Source: the human T2T-CHM13v2.0 reference genome, Homo sapiens
Assembly: GCF_009914755.1 (NCBI RefSeq)
Contig: NC_060926.1
Direction: 5' to 3' (one strand)
Length of the DNA: 64,000 nt
Of the stretch, positions 16,053 through 28,600 are shown piece by piece. The notes below the pieces were generated by a model that was given only the letters and a program-made list of their open reading frames with translations, was not told the origin of the DNA and did no database searches. Each line of letters starts with the position of its first letter. The stretch's first letter is position 1. The translations under genes were made by a program, and so were the position numbers.

Positions 16053-16480
16053 TTTACACTCCCACCAACAGTGTATAAGAAGAAAATGTGTTACATACTG
16101 ACCATGTAATACTATGCAGCCATAAAAAAGAATGAGATCATGTCCTTTGCTGAGACATGGATGGAGCTGGAGGACATTATCCTTAGCAAACTAACACCGA
16201 AGTAGAAAACCAAATACTGTGTGTTCTCACTTATAAGCAGGAGCTAAATGATGAGAACACATGAACATATAGAGGAGAACAACACACCCTGGGGTCTTTT
16301 GGAGGGTGGAAGGTGGTAGGAGGGAGAGAATCAGGAAAAATAACTAATGGGTACTAGGCTTAAGACCTGGGTGATGAAATAATCTGCACAACAAATCCCC
16401 ATGACACAAGTTTACCTATGTAACAAACCTGCAATTGTACCCCTGAACTTAAAATAAAAGTTAAACAAAAAAGAAAAAGA
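16053..16480 (+). mobile_element. Older L1PA/PB 3' end with a short 5' inversion
   Basis: Antisense L1 piece tttacactcccaccaacagtgtataag followed by sense 3' UTR; imperfect TSD aatcacatat/aataacatat. Confidence 0.75.
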
Positions 16481-16808
16481 ATAACATATTATATTATTCC
16501 ATTAATATTAACTGTCTAGAACAGATAAATCTATAGAGACAGAAAGTAAATTCATGGTTTTCTAGGGTTAGGTGATGGTGGAATATGGAGTGACTCTCAA
16601 CAGAGATAAAACTGTTATAAACTTGAATTGCTGTGATGCTTGTACAGCTCTGTTAATATACTAAAACCATCTAATTATATACTGTACAAGGAGAATTTCA
16701 TATGTTAATCATGTCTCAATAAATATATTTTAAAAAGAATGATAGACAATACGAGCAATTTCATGTATAAGATAGGTTTTGCTTGGTAATTGAGAAAACC
16801 CACTTTAA

Positions 16809-17024
<216 letters not shown>

Positions 17025-19032
17025 TAGAATCCAACTCTACCATCTCATGCCATTTTTTGAATGCTTTTTGCATAAACATACAAGTAGAGAGACTTGGGGT
17101 TTATGGACTCTATTTTTCACACTTCTATATTTGCTGTCACTTCAGCTTAGGATGTCATTCCTCATATTCATCATGACCTCCAACAAAATCCCATTTACTT
17201 GAACACTTAGCTTAAGATCCAGCTTTTCTGCTAAGTTCAGTAAGATTTTCCACTAGCCCTTGTTGAGGATCTCCATTATTGGAAGGGAGTTAACAAATAG
17301 TTCCAACATGGTGTTTTACTTGTCACACTAAGAAATGACTTTTTAAAGATAAGAGCAACCCTATTTATCTCTAAATTGTTGTGCCTAATACCTAGGAGGT
17401 GCTCAACAGATTTTTATTACAGGACAACATGGAGGGAGAAAATAAGGAAAAATGGTGATAAAATTGTGTATAAATGTGGACTGAGAACTTATGGATCATT
17501 TGAAGGTGTAGGCTTTCAAAAAGCCTAGACCAGAATCAAGGAGTATAGGGTTACGCCACCTGGATAGAGAGTAGAACCTAGGGCTGGAGTTGAGATAGAA
17601 TTATTTGAGTCAGTGTGTGATTATAAGTAGTTGAAGACAGAGGTTTCCATACAGATGAGGAGATGATTAAGTGTCTAAGCCTGAAAGTTTTAGTTTACCG
17701 AACATAAAGATGAAAATTTCCACTTGTGAAGACTCAAATCATTCATTGGAGTTCTTTATTAACCATCATAGCTAAGAATGCAGACCCAGAATTTATGGAA
17801 AGGAACAGACAACAGAAGAGAAAGTTCAAAAACCAAAGGGAAAAATAAAACATGTCTGAGAAGGGATTTGAGGTGTCCAGAGTAATTCTGCTCAGATTTT
17901 CTAGCTAATCTCTGCAATAGGGATTGCATCGTCTCCTTGGTTCATATCTCTTTATCCTCCAGGCTGAAGAACTATAAGCTGGATGCCTAGGTCTCATATC
18001 TGTGGTGGACTCTTCTCCTTAAAAGTGCCTCTGTGTTTAATAAAATTGCCTTCTTTAATTGACAAAGTCCTCCTTTCTCTGCAGGAGCCCACTTTACTCA
18101 CTTCACCTCTGATATCCAACACAGAACCCATCATTCCTGCCTATATGTGTATTACAATGTACACTCACAGTATAAAAATTATCACATATTATAACCAGCT
18201 GCATATTACGTTTCCCCCCAGTAGTCAGTAAGCCCTTCAGTCTCAGATATATCTTTATCTGAATAGGATCTGAGTTTACCTTTAGTATTCAGCATTCACA
18301 AAACGTTGAATTTTTCAACTTCTATAATTTTATCCCTTATGACTTCCCTTTTTCCAGGGAATGTCTCTACTTTTAAAATTTACTGCACCAAATGGGGAAA
18401 GTGGGACAGCGGGAGATGGAGAGCGAGCGAGCGAGAGAGCGAGTGTGAGAGAAAACACATTAAGGCTCTGTAACTGGACCTGGTTTAGAGTCCTGGCCTT
18501 TTTACTTATAGGGTCTCTGCCATATAAAAACTTCATAACCTTTCTAAACCTAACTTTTTTCACTCATGAACTGAGAGTGATCACTTCTTCATGCACGATA
18601 AATACATACGATAAGGCTGGGCATAGAAGTGTGCTCAATAAATGGTAGCTGTTACCATTATCTTTAAAACAATTTCAAGTGTATTATATTTACTAATGAA
18701 GCACAATAAAATTTTTGAAGATGCAGAAATTGATAAATAGTAGTGTACCAATAAATTTAATTTCAGTATTATCTTCCAGAAAGCAAATTCTAATAATACG
18801 AAAATATATCTAGTAAAATTATCATTATAATTTTGATAAGAAGAGTGATCATTTTACATCTTGTTAATGTGTAGGGGCCACTGGTAAGCTTACTAAAATG
18901 TATTTTACAAAATTATGTGATCTAAAGAAAGCACAACTGTTTCCAGTTTTAAGCCTGAATTAACAAACTTTAATGTAAAGCTTATTTTTAAAAAGTATAC
19001 TACACAAAGTTGCCAATGTGATTTATCAAATT

Positions 19033-19075
19033 AAAAACAAACATAGCTTAATGTGGTTTACAGGTTATATTTATT
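19033..19075 (-). terminator. Candidate main poly(A) signal: AATAAA (19070-19075) with downstream TGTTTGTTTTT element
   Basis: Plus strand shows tttatt at 19070-19075 and aaaaacaaaca at ~19033-19043. Confidence 0.65.
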
Positions 19076-21058
19076 ATTTTCTATAGTATCTAAAAAGTAA
19101 CATATATTGTTAAGACTTTGTTAAAAATAACTCTTTACACAGCTTTCGGAAGGTAACTGGCAAACAAGGTTTACAAGTAAAAGATAAACTTTTCAAACTA
19201 AAATCAGTTTGTTGTCTTTACGCAATTTACAGAAGCAAGTTATGATTCAATTTAAGTATCTGAAGCAGTTTCCACAATAAAGCATTCCCAAGAAATAGAA
19301 AACGGAGCTTAGATAAAGCACCAGCTGTCACATTGTCACCAAGTTAACACTGGTTCCTCACTGGTCTCCATAACATGATGGAGAGCAGGAGAAGAAAGGG
19401 AAGGAACACTTAGAGAGGAAAAAAAAAAAACCCTGAAATCTGAAATTACATTTACTTAGGGCATCCCCTAAAGGCATCTTGGTTAGGTTATTCAATTTCT
19501 GAGGGGCAGAAAAAGATTATAGTAGTTAAGGCTTGAGATCATGCATTCAGAATAAAATACAATCACTGATACATAAACTATATTGAATGTTATACAACAT
19601 ATTTAAAGGATGATATTTAAATCAATAATATATAAATTTTCTTTCTGAATCTTTTAGGACTTAGCAGGCACATTGAAATCAATCTTCATAAAGTTGGAAT
19701 AACTCTCAGAATCTCAAACTACATAGAAGTAAATGACTATATTTGTATGAATAAGTCTAAGGACAACTATTTATGCCTATCTTTAAAAAACAATTTCAAT
19801 AGTGAAAACTAATGTTTAGGATTTTACAGTTCTTTGAATATAAAACATTTTATAGAGTATGGATGTATATGATGAGATTAAAAAACTTGAAAACGTAAAT
19901 ATATAAGGGAAAACTAACTTGTACATACTGTTATAAAACAACAACAAATTTAAACTTTTATCTCCTAATTCATAGTTCTCATAGTTTGAGTGACCATTGT
20001 CTCTCTCTAAGTTATAAAGAATTATAACATACAGTAAAAAGTACTTTAAAGTTGCCACAACTTTCCAATTAAGGGCCAAGACACTATGAGAATCCCTATA
20101 CATAATGGTAGTTCTCAACTCTTCTAATTCATGTTTAAACATACATTTGTCAGATCTTATATATTCAATGTTACATTAGAAATAACTGGTAAAAATACAT
20201 CAATTTCATAAGGTAAAGCTTGAGTCTATTAACATGTTATTTATTACATCATTTTAGTAAATGTATACTTTTTAAAAAAATAGGTGTAAATGAGAAGAAA
20301 ATGAAAAAAAAAAAAAAAAAAAAGGCTATACCTCTCCTTTATGCTTCTTGTTTTACGAATCTGTCCTGCTTAAGAGCCAGAGCTTAGGTGAAACTATCCA
20401 GAGATGAGAAACCAGGAGCTTGAGCACAATGAAATCCTATTCATTCCCAGTTCCAAATGAAAACAAGAACATACAAAAATAAACACAGAGCTTCAACCAA
20501 TCTTTTTCAAATGCAGTTTTAATCAGCCCAAGAATCTCTGAGGTTGATCTCAAAGGCACTTTCTAAAGAACTGCTCTCTCCCTTCTTCCAATTGGCTTTT
20601 GTCTAGGCAAGTTTATGATTTAATGGCCATTAGCATTTCACCATCCCACATCAGGAAAGTATTTGCTTATTTGTAAGTCTTAATAGTGGTGACTTAAAGC
20701 CCATTAAATTATACATAAAATATAAAAGAAAGCCCCTGCTGCTGCTGATCTCTATCACCACTTCCCTTCATTCCCTAGAAGGCACACATCATATAAGCCA
20801 TGTAGAGAAAACAAATATGAGATTGTCAAATGGCCACTTTAACCCACTTTAAACTCACTGCAGCAATATTAAGGATTCTCTTGATTTGTTAGATATAATG
20901 CTAAAAAGTGAATTTGGCATGAAGTCTTGTGAATACAAGCTTAATTACCATCGGTTGTAAAGAACTGATTATTATCTCTACTTTTCTTTTATTCCTGGCT
21001 TAGGCTTTCAACATTTTTCAGATATGTGAAGAAATATGAAAAGAGGTGGTAAGTGGTA
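19050..21058 (-). other. SCN7A: SCN7A 3' UTR (~2 kb)
   Basis: AT-rich sequence with no recognisable interspersed repeat after the stop codon, ending near an AATAAA with a downstream GU/U-rich element. The cleavage position is approximate. Confidence 0.7.
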
Positions 21059-22125
21059 TTAGATCTGGCTTTGAATAGGTGACTTTTCCTTAGCTTTGTC
21101 AAAATAGGCACCTTCTTTAGTAGCATGAACATCTCTGTCACCATCTATCATATGAATATCTGATGTATTTTTGTCATTTCGCCTCAAGCGGTAATTTTTA
21201 TAAGCACGTTGAATGATGGTTGCTGAAACTGCCTCTTGTTTTCGTTTCAAAGTAGTCGTAATTGGCTCACATGTGATCTTAAAAGGGTTGGCTAACAAAA
21301 ACCCTGATTCTATTTCTGAAACAACTTTCTCCATCCTCACATCTTGACCCATAACTCTCTTTGTAAAAGCAAGTAAGATATCGAGGCAATGAATTCTGTC
21401 CCCAACAGCCATGGGGAGGTCCAAAGCAATGAGCTGGCCCTTGTTTGGTTTTGCCATGAAAAGAGGAGGATCAAGAGCAGCTGCAAAATCTGAAAGCTTG
21501 CTAGAGTCTATGTACTGGGTCCTATCAGGATCAAACCTTTTCCATACCTGAAAGAATTTCCTAAAATCATCTTCACTCAAGGTCTTGTTTTTCTTCTTAG
21601 AAGCAATATTTAAAAACTCCATGACAACAACAATGTACATATTTACAATGATCAGCCATGATATGAGGATATAACTGACAAAATAAAAAATCCCAACAGA
21701 GGGGTTCCCACAATCTCCTCTAACTTGAGTCCCAGGGTTAATTTTATCAGGATCACAGTCAGACCATTTACTGTTGAAAATTGCATCAAGCATCCCATCC
21801 CAACCAGCAAATATTGCAACTTGAAAAAGACAGAGCATACTGTTGCCAAAGGTTTCAAAATTAGACACATCATTAATTCCAGCTTCTTTTTTAACATAGG
21901 CAAAATTATACATTCCAAATACGGCATAGATGAACATGACCAGGAAGATGAGAAGAATGATGTTCAATAATGCTGGGAGGGACAGCATCAAAGGAAGCAT
22001 CAGATTATGAAACACCTTTGGTCCTTTTCCAAGACGCAGCATGTGAATGATCCGTGAGAGAAGTATCAGTTGCACAAGTGAAGGAGGCACAAGGTAGGAT
22101 CCTACTGTCATAGGCAGACATAGTC
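21059..22125 (-). CDS. SCN7A: SCN7A terminal coding exon: DIV S4-S6, EF-hand-like region, IQ motif, stop codon TAA
   Basis: ORF 21059..22111 extended to the cccag acceptor (AG at 22126-22127); contains [18 protein letters not shown] and IIQRAYK. Confidence 0.98.
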
Positions 22126-23249
22126 CTGGGGGTGGGAAAGATAAAGCAGGCTATACATTATTCAAACACAATAGTATTTTGAGGACTATAAATTATTTTA
22201 CACTTAATTGTTTTTCCCTGTTTTATTAATCCTTTATTGATCCCTTCCATTTTACTAATCATTCTCATTTAACAGTTAGCATGTTGAAAGTTTGGGTCAG
22301 CCAAACACCTATTGTATCAATGCTCAGGGTATCTAGCTAAATTTGGAAGATTATTTTTCTGTAACATCATCTAAGAGTATTACAGATCAAGTAGTTCTGG
22401 AATTACAGATGACCTGATTCTATAATGTAGGACAATAGTCATAATTTTTTATTGCTATTGGATTAAGAAACTTAGTTCCATGCAATCTTTATTGAATGCC
22501 CAATAAATATATCACACCAATATACAAAGATGAATGACATGATTTCTGTCTTCAGGAACCTTATAATTTAGAAAATAGTGACAGACATTTAAAATAATTA
22601 TAAGACAGAAATTGATAAATATAATTACAGAAATGTCTGGCATTCAGTGATTCATAGATTGTAATTTAATTTCCTTATTTCATAAATAGTACTGGGGCTC
22701 CAGGAACTTTAAATGTGAATTGAATAAATAAGTCTTTGTTTAGAACTTTTTTGTAGCTGTGGTAGTTAGATGAGGGAAGTATGGCAGTGATTAACACAAG
22801 AACTATAAAACAAGGTAGAATTATAATTCATTAAAGGTATAAGAGATGTTCTCTGGAAGTATTAGAGAGAATGTAGTTTATTTTGAGTTGAGAAGGTAGT
22901 GGAAGAAGGAATCCCACGAGGCTTCTAAGTGATATGGTAGGTTTGTTGAATCTGGAGGAATCATGTCTCACATTTTTGTTAAACTTGGTCTCTGCCTAAG
23001 ATGATATTTCTCTCTGATGTTCTATCCTATCAATACCCTATCTCTATAGTGCTTTAGTGAATCTTCTACTCTGACCCAAATTCTCATTTCCCTTCAACCT
23101 TCCAAACTTTTTCATTATGCAGGAAGTATCACTAAATTGTGAATAAATTCCTCTACATTCTCATCACTAATTTTTTTTTAACCCAGTCTCTTTTTTGGGG
23201 GGAAGTTCTTTTTTTAATCTTTGTTTTTATTTCTTCTAAAAAAAACCCA

Positions 23250-23493
23250 CCAGGATACATGTGCAGAACATGCAGGTTTGTTACACAGGTATACATGTGC
23301 CATGGTGGTTTGCTGCACCTATCGACCTGTCCTCTAAGTTCCTTCCCCTCACGCCCCACCCTCCAACAAGCCCTGGTGTGTGTTGTTCCCCTTTCTGTGT
23401 CCATGTGTTCTCATTGTTCAACTCCCACTTATAAGTGAGAATATGTGGTGTTTGGATTTCTGTTCCTGTTTCAGTTTTCAGAGGATGATGGCT
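23250..23493 (-). mobile_element. L1PA 3' end fragment
   Basis: ggatacatgtgcagaacatgcaggtttgttacac...gttcaactcccacttataagtgaga. Confidence 0.85.
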
Positions 23494-25143
23494 AAATCTG
23501 GCTCTATCTTGAAGACTCTATTTCCCTTGCAACCCTCTCAAATACAGGGAGCTCATTCTTCCCCACTCCACTTTCCTCAGGTTAGAAAGAAAAAATAGGT
23601 ATCTTTCTTTCTTTCCAATGTGATTTCTGGTCACTTTTCCTTCCTATTATTTTTATAAAGAAAAAATAAAAGAGATTTTTGACACTTTGTGGATCATGCC
23701 ATTCAGCTATATCATTTCCTACCATTCCTTGGCTCTATAGCCTACTCATTCTTCATTCATATTCATTGAAGACTTCAATAATTGACTCACTGTCTCTCAT
23801 TTCACCTTAGCACCTACCATCAACAATCCATTTAAAAGCCGGTTTCTGTCTTTGGTCTTCTCAAGTTATTACACTCTCTTCCATCATTTTACAAATCTAC
23901 ATTTATAATCACATTCTGGACCCAAGATACCTTGCCTTCTGAAACTGCAAATTCAAACTGCTTTCTCTCTGACTGCAATTGCTTTTCCTTCCAGTTCTCT
24001 GATGAAGTCCCCTTCAGTCTCATAGGACCCTAATTCCATCATTTCTCTGCCTTCTTCCTATCAGCTCCCTCTTGTCTTCATGTACTTTTCTATCAGTTTT
24101 TCTGATAGCTTCTTCTTTTCTGAAGCTTCTTACGGTTTTTTTCAGTAGTTAGTTGCATTGTTTCCACTATCAACTGAATGAGTGAATATTTGGAAGCAGA
24201 TCTGGGCAAACAGTTTATCTATATTTTCTACTACTCAATGCATAGAATAGTGCTTGATGCAGTAAACTTAAATATTGTTCCTACTCTCATGGAACTTACA
24301 CCCTAATATGTGTGTTATGTGGAAACAGACAAACTTCTCTCTGCCTGAAACTCTTTGACACTAAATTCTTTGCTTGGCTATCTCCTTATCTGAAAAGTCT
24401 CTAATTAGATTTCACGTCTTCCATAAAGTTTTCTCTGACCTCTACTTACTGATTAGGTGACCTCCTTCTGCTGTGTTGCTGCAGCACCCTGTGACTTCCC
24501 TACCATAACCTTAATAGCACACATTAAAATGTACTGTTTAATTATCTATATCCTTTAATAGACTCTAAGCTATGTGTACACAGAAATTATACTTGTCTTG
24601 TTTACTACTGAATTTTTTGCATATAACAGTCTTTATTCTCAAAGAGAATTATCAAGTGTATTTATTAAATAAGAGAGAGATCTCCAAAGTAAGAGAAAAC
24701 AAGCAACAAATTTGTTAAAGCCTGAAACTCTAATGTTGTATAAGTTGTAAATAGTTTTAGAGATTAGAGGGAAGGAAATAATAGTGAACCTGAAAGATTA
24801 CATCATTCTAAGACATAAACGTCTTTCTAGTGTCATCTAGAAAATTAGTGTATATTATAGAATGAAGGGTTGACTAAACATTCACCTGGTGGCTTGTATG
24901 CAAAGTCTATGTTATTAGAAATATTTTTGAACATCTTATCTCTATTAGGCATGGGTGGTACACATATGAATACAAATGTGAAGCATTCCTGTTGAAAATA
25001 AAAAAAGATCTCTACCTGTTTTGCTTATTAGGAGACTATATTTCATGATTTTGAAATGTAGGAGACTATATTTCATATTTACTGTAAGAGCTTACTTGAA
25101 TTAATATTATTATCAGTAAAAATTTGACTAAACAAAATCTTAC

Positions 25144-25414
25144 CTGTGATGGAGAAAATAACCACCATAAAATCAAAAATGTTCCACGCAATGGTGAAAT
25201 AAAAACAACGGAAAGCGATGAGCTTCAGTATACATTCCATAGTATATAGCATAACAAAAATTGAGTTAATCCAGTAGAGAGCAATGGACATTTGTAGACT
25301 CTGAACATCAGTGTCTATCATCATGGCTATTGCTTGGAAACATATAAGAACCATAACAATGACATTAAAAGCTTGGCTTGTTACCACATCAAAGATGAAT
25401 CCTTGGAGCTTGTT
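25144..25414 (-). CDS. SCN7A: SCN7A exon, DIV S1-S3 (NKLQGFIFDVVTSQAF...WNIFDFMVVIFSIT)
   Basis: 271 nt with AG/GT ends; overlaps ORF 25079..25387. Confidence 0.96.
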
Positions 25415-25698
25415 CTGTGGGTAAAATCAACAGGTGTAATAGTCTTATTAATAGGATACATATACATATATATGGTCTTTTATACACTACAACTTTCTTC
25501 CCAAAATAAATGAGAATAAGTGTGAACCTAAATTTTTGCCAAACTATAACATATAGTCAAAACAAACAAACAAAATGACCATGAAAAGCTTTGTCAAGGG
25601 ACACAAAAATTTTGACAAAAACATTTGTTAAGGCTTTAAAAGAGAATATATAAAGAACACCTCCATTGAAGTTTCAAAAAATCTAGACATTTTCTTAC

Positions 25699-25803
25699 TA
25701 ATGGGCGAGGTACTGGTCTTTGAGAATCCTCATACATTAGCTTCTTCAGCCTGCGGTACTGTTTTCTCTGTTTAACCGTTATAAAGATATTTGAGCCTCC
25801 CAG
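25699..25803 (-). CDS. SCN7A: SCN7A exon, DIII-IV linker (LGGSNIFITVKQRKQYRRLKKLMYEDSQRPVPRPL)
   Basis: 105 nt; preceded by a pyrimidine tract ending in AC; GT donor. Confidence 0.94.
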
Positions 25804-28008
25804 GTAAAGAAAGGAAAGAAAAATATATTAAAATCACACTTAATCCAAATTTTCCCTTATGTTAATAGGCATTTTAAAGACTTGGCAATTATTGATTTAA
25901 TCTTCTAAAAAAAAGGCTTAAGTGCAGTGAATGAAATCATGTTTGAACATGTCTGACTTTCTGCCCAAAAATCCATAAAAAGCACATACAGAATACATGC
26001 TGATAGTGACAGAAATTCAGTAATCTCTAAGTGCGCTTTCTTAGGGGAGTGTCAACTCTATTTTCACATAGGGTTGTAAAAGAGGACAAAGGAGAAACAG
26101 CAGGGGATATCTGGAAATATTTACTAAGAAAGGTTGAGCTCAATAGCTAAAGGAAAAGTTGATTTGTATCTTTTAATAAGCAGAAATAAACAGAAATGAT
26201 CATATGTGATCATTTTTATATGACTATATATTGCTTTATTTTTCAAATAGTATCAGAAGAGTTTTTTTTACTATTATTCCAAAAGCACCTTGCGCTTGCT
26301 TCTTCATAGCACGGTTGAGGGCTTATTCATTTTTGTGTTTCTAGTGCTAATTTCAGTATCTTATGTAATATATGTGAAGTGAATAATGTCACGTCCTAGG
26401 AATTAGGAATTGTTACTGCTCTAAATCAGGACCTGGTCACTTAAATTGACTGCAGACACCAGTTCGAAGCCTAGAAGCAAATCCTAGTATGTTATCCTAC
26501 AGGGTTGATATTCGTAGAAAGCTGAAGCATCCAATCAAAATCACATTTGAGCACTCAGCTCTCTACTCCTATTTCATTGGTGGAGACTCAAGAGTGATTG
26601 ATATACAGTAGTCCCCCCTTATCTGAAGTCTCACTTTCCACACTATCAGTTAGCCATGGTCAACCACAGTTGGAAATTATTACATGAAAAATCCTAAAAA
26701 TAAATAGTTAATACATTTTAAATTTCATGTGGGTCTGAGTTGTGTGATGAAATCTTGTGTCATCCTGCTCTGTGGAGACCGGGATGTGAATCATCCCTTT
26801 GTCCAGCACATCCACTCAGTCTATGCCACCCACACATTACTCACTTTGCAGCTATCTCTGTTATCAAGCGATTGTGTTCAAGTAATCCTTATTATAATTA
26901 ATAATAACCCCCAAAATGCAAGAGAAGTGATGCTGGCCTTCGAATACAAAAAGAAGCTGCAAACTGCTTCCTTTAAGAGAAAAGGTGAAAGTGCTTGACT
27001 TAAGGCAAGAAAAAAAAACATATGCTGAGGTTGCTAAATCTATGGTATGAATGAATCTTCTGTCCATGAAATTGTGAAGAATGAAAAATAAATGTATGCT
27101 TGATTTGCTGTTGTACTTCAAACTGCAAATGGCCACAGTGCATGATAAGTCTTAGTCATGGAAAAGGCATCTTAACGTGAACAGAAACGTTCTGATTTAC
27201 GGTAATCAGGTTAGGTACTACCCTGCGGTTTCAGGCATCCACTGGAGGTCTTGGAACGCAGTCCCCTTGGATAAGGAGAGTCTACTGTACCAGATTTTAC
27301 ACATGGCTAAAGTTTGATTACATGGCTGAAGATAAAATTTCAAAATTAAACTATTCTTTCCTTTGACTTTTTTGGAAGGCTTCCCAAAAGAGATTAGGTG
27401 CCTGTGTAAAATAACTTGACTTAGATGTCTTTTTAGTCCTTTGCGTTTGTGGAGGCCCTGAAGAAGCTGCTTTTTAGAAATGGCATGAAACTGTAGTTAT
27501 TCAATTCTGTCTCTGAACTCTGTCTTACTGGGTTCAAGCACTCCTACTTAGGCCACCCAGTTAGGATTTATGACTCTCTCTACTTCTAGCAGAAAGAACT
27601 ACTCTAACTTTGAAAGATGTCCATGCTGGCTGACTGTGGAGGCTTTAAATATAACAGAGAGTAAAAGAGTGTTTTTTTCTGGAACTCTTCACATATTTGT
27701 GAAGATAGAAAATTTTACTTACAGTATTTATTTTTCAGCCCATAATTATTTCCAAAACACTTGTAATTTTTACACAGACACTTGTAATGTTTAACTTTTA
27801 AACTTGACTGTGTAGTACATATTTTGGATTTAGAAGGCAATGTTCATCAATGTGCAGGAACATTAATCATGATTTTTTAAGATACATGTCAAATAAAAAT
27901 GACATTAAGCTGAATCCAAAGCCAATTATTTGAAGCAGGGGATTTATATATTTATGTGTATGCCTGATTTTCTCAGACATTGGATAAACAAATAATATTT
28001 ATACTTAT
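25804..28008 (-). other. SCN7A: AT-AC intron with a U2-type 5' splice site (ATAAGT...ctttAC)
   Basis: The junction ...AAG|ATAAGTAT...tttcctttctttAC|CTG preserves frame, homology and the 138/105 nt exon sizes. Confidence 0.9.
26606..27287. mobile_element. Tigger-derived DNA transposon (MER44-like)
   Basis: Terminal inverted repeats (TIRs) CAGTAGTCCCCCCTTATC and GATAAGGAGAGTCTACTG, flanked by TA. Confidence 0.82.
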
Positions 28009-28146
28009 CTTTATTTTATGCTTGTTGAAATTATCAATAATAACAGTAATCAGCATACTCAGAGGGAGAAATACTCCAAATATAATAAAGTTGATAAAGT
28101 AACAATACATGTAGATGTTGACTTCAAAATGAGGCTGTATATTAAC
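28009..28146 (-). CDS. SCN7A: SCN7A exon, DIII S6 ([24 protein letters not shown]...[12 protein letters not shown])
   Basis: 138 nt; AG acceptor; followed by the non-canonical donor ATAAGT. Confidence 0.94.
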
Positions 28147-28546
28147 CTAGAAGTTTAAAATAAGCAAATTATTGATATTGGCTTTTTAAAACAAGTTTTA
28201 TAAAACAATTTATGACAAGAAAACAATAACAAAACAAGCATTGTTATGCTACCTAAGAAACTGTTTTCTTTTTTGCTGTTTGGTAAAAGGATATCATTGC
28301 TTTGTATGAATGTTAAAGTTCATTTCATTCATTTAACCATTGTTGCAAAGTCTGGTAATCTTTCAAATGGACCTATGGGGCCTCAATCATTGTATATAAT
28401 AACCCTGGAAGAATTTCATTGCCAATGAAATATCCAATCTGAACTGCATTTGATTTCTATTCATTATTACTGGTGTCCTGTGCTCGAATTGCAAAAATGA
28501 CTTTGCTTGTATCCTAACAATGGCTTTAAAATGATATTATACTTAC

Positions 28547-28600
28547 AGCAACAGAATCAATTGCTGAATTCATAATAGTGATCCATCCATTAAATGTTGC
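28547..28600 (-). CDS. SCN7A: SCN7A exon, DIII pore loop (ATFNGWITIMNSAIDSVA)
   Basis: 54 nt with AG/GT ends; homologous to ATFKGWMDIMYAAVD of canonical Navs. Confidence 0.95.

Larger units (their letters stand above)
12870..16740 (+). mobile_element. Old L1 (L1M-type) ORF2 and 3' end, with nested younger L1 3' ends
   Basis: A-rich degenerate ORF2 endonuclease/RT-like sequence, e.g. ORF 13977..14264 (YATLHPTIAEYTFSSSVH). Confidence 0.85.

Noticed and set aside
19816-20142. 108 aa minus-strand ORF in the SCN7A 3' UTR
   Set aside because: AT-rich composition, no recognisable homology and no splice context; likely a chance ORF.
21652-21970. Alternative-frame and antisense ORFs over the terminal exon (also 56897, 58891 and 60294)
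   Set aside because: Shadows of the real coding exons with no independent support.
25804-28008. Reading the AT-AC intron as a minor (U12) intron
   Set aside because: It lacks the ATATCCTT donor and TCCTTAAC branch consensus, and has U2-like +3 to +6 AAGT and a polypyrimidine tract.
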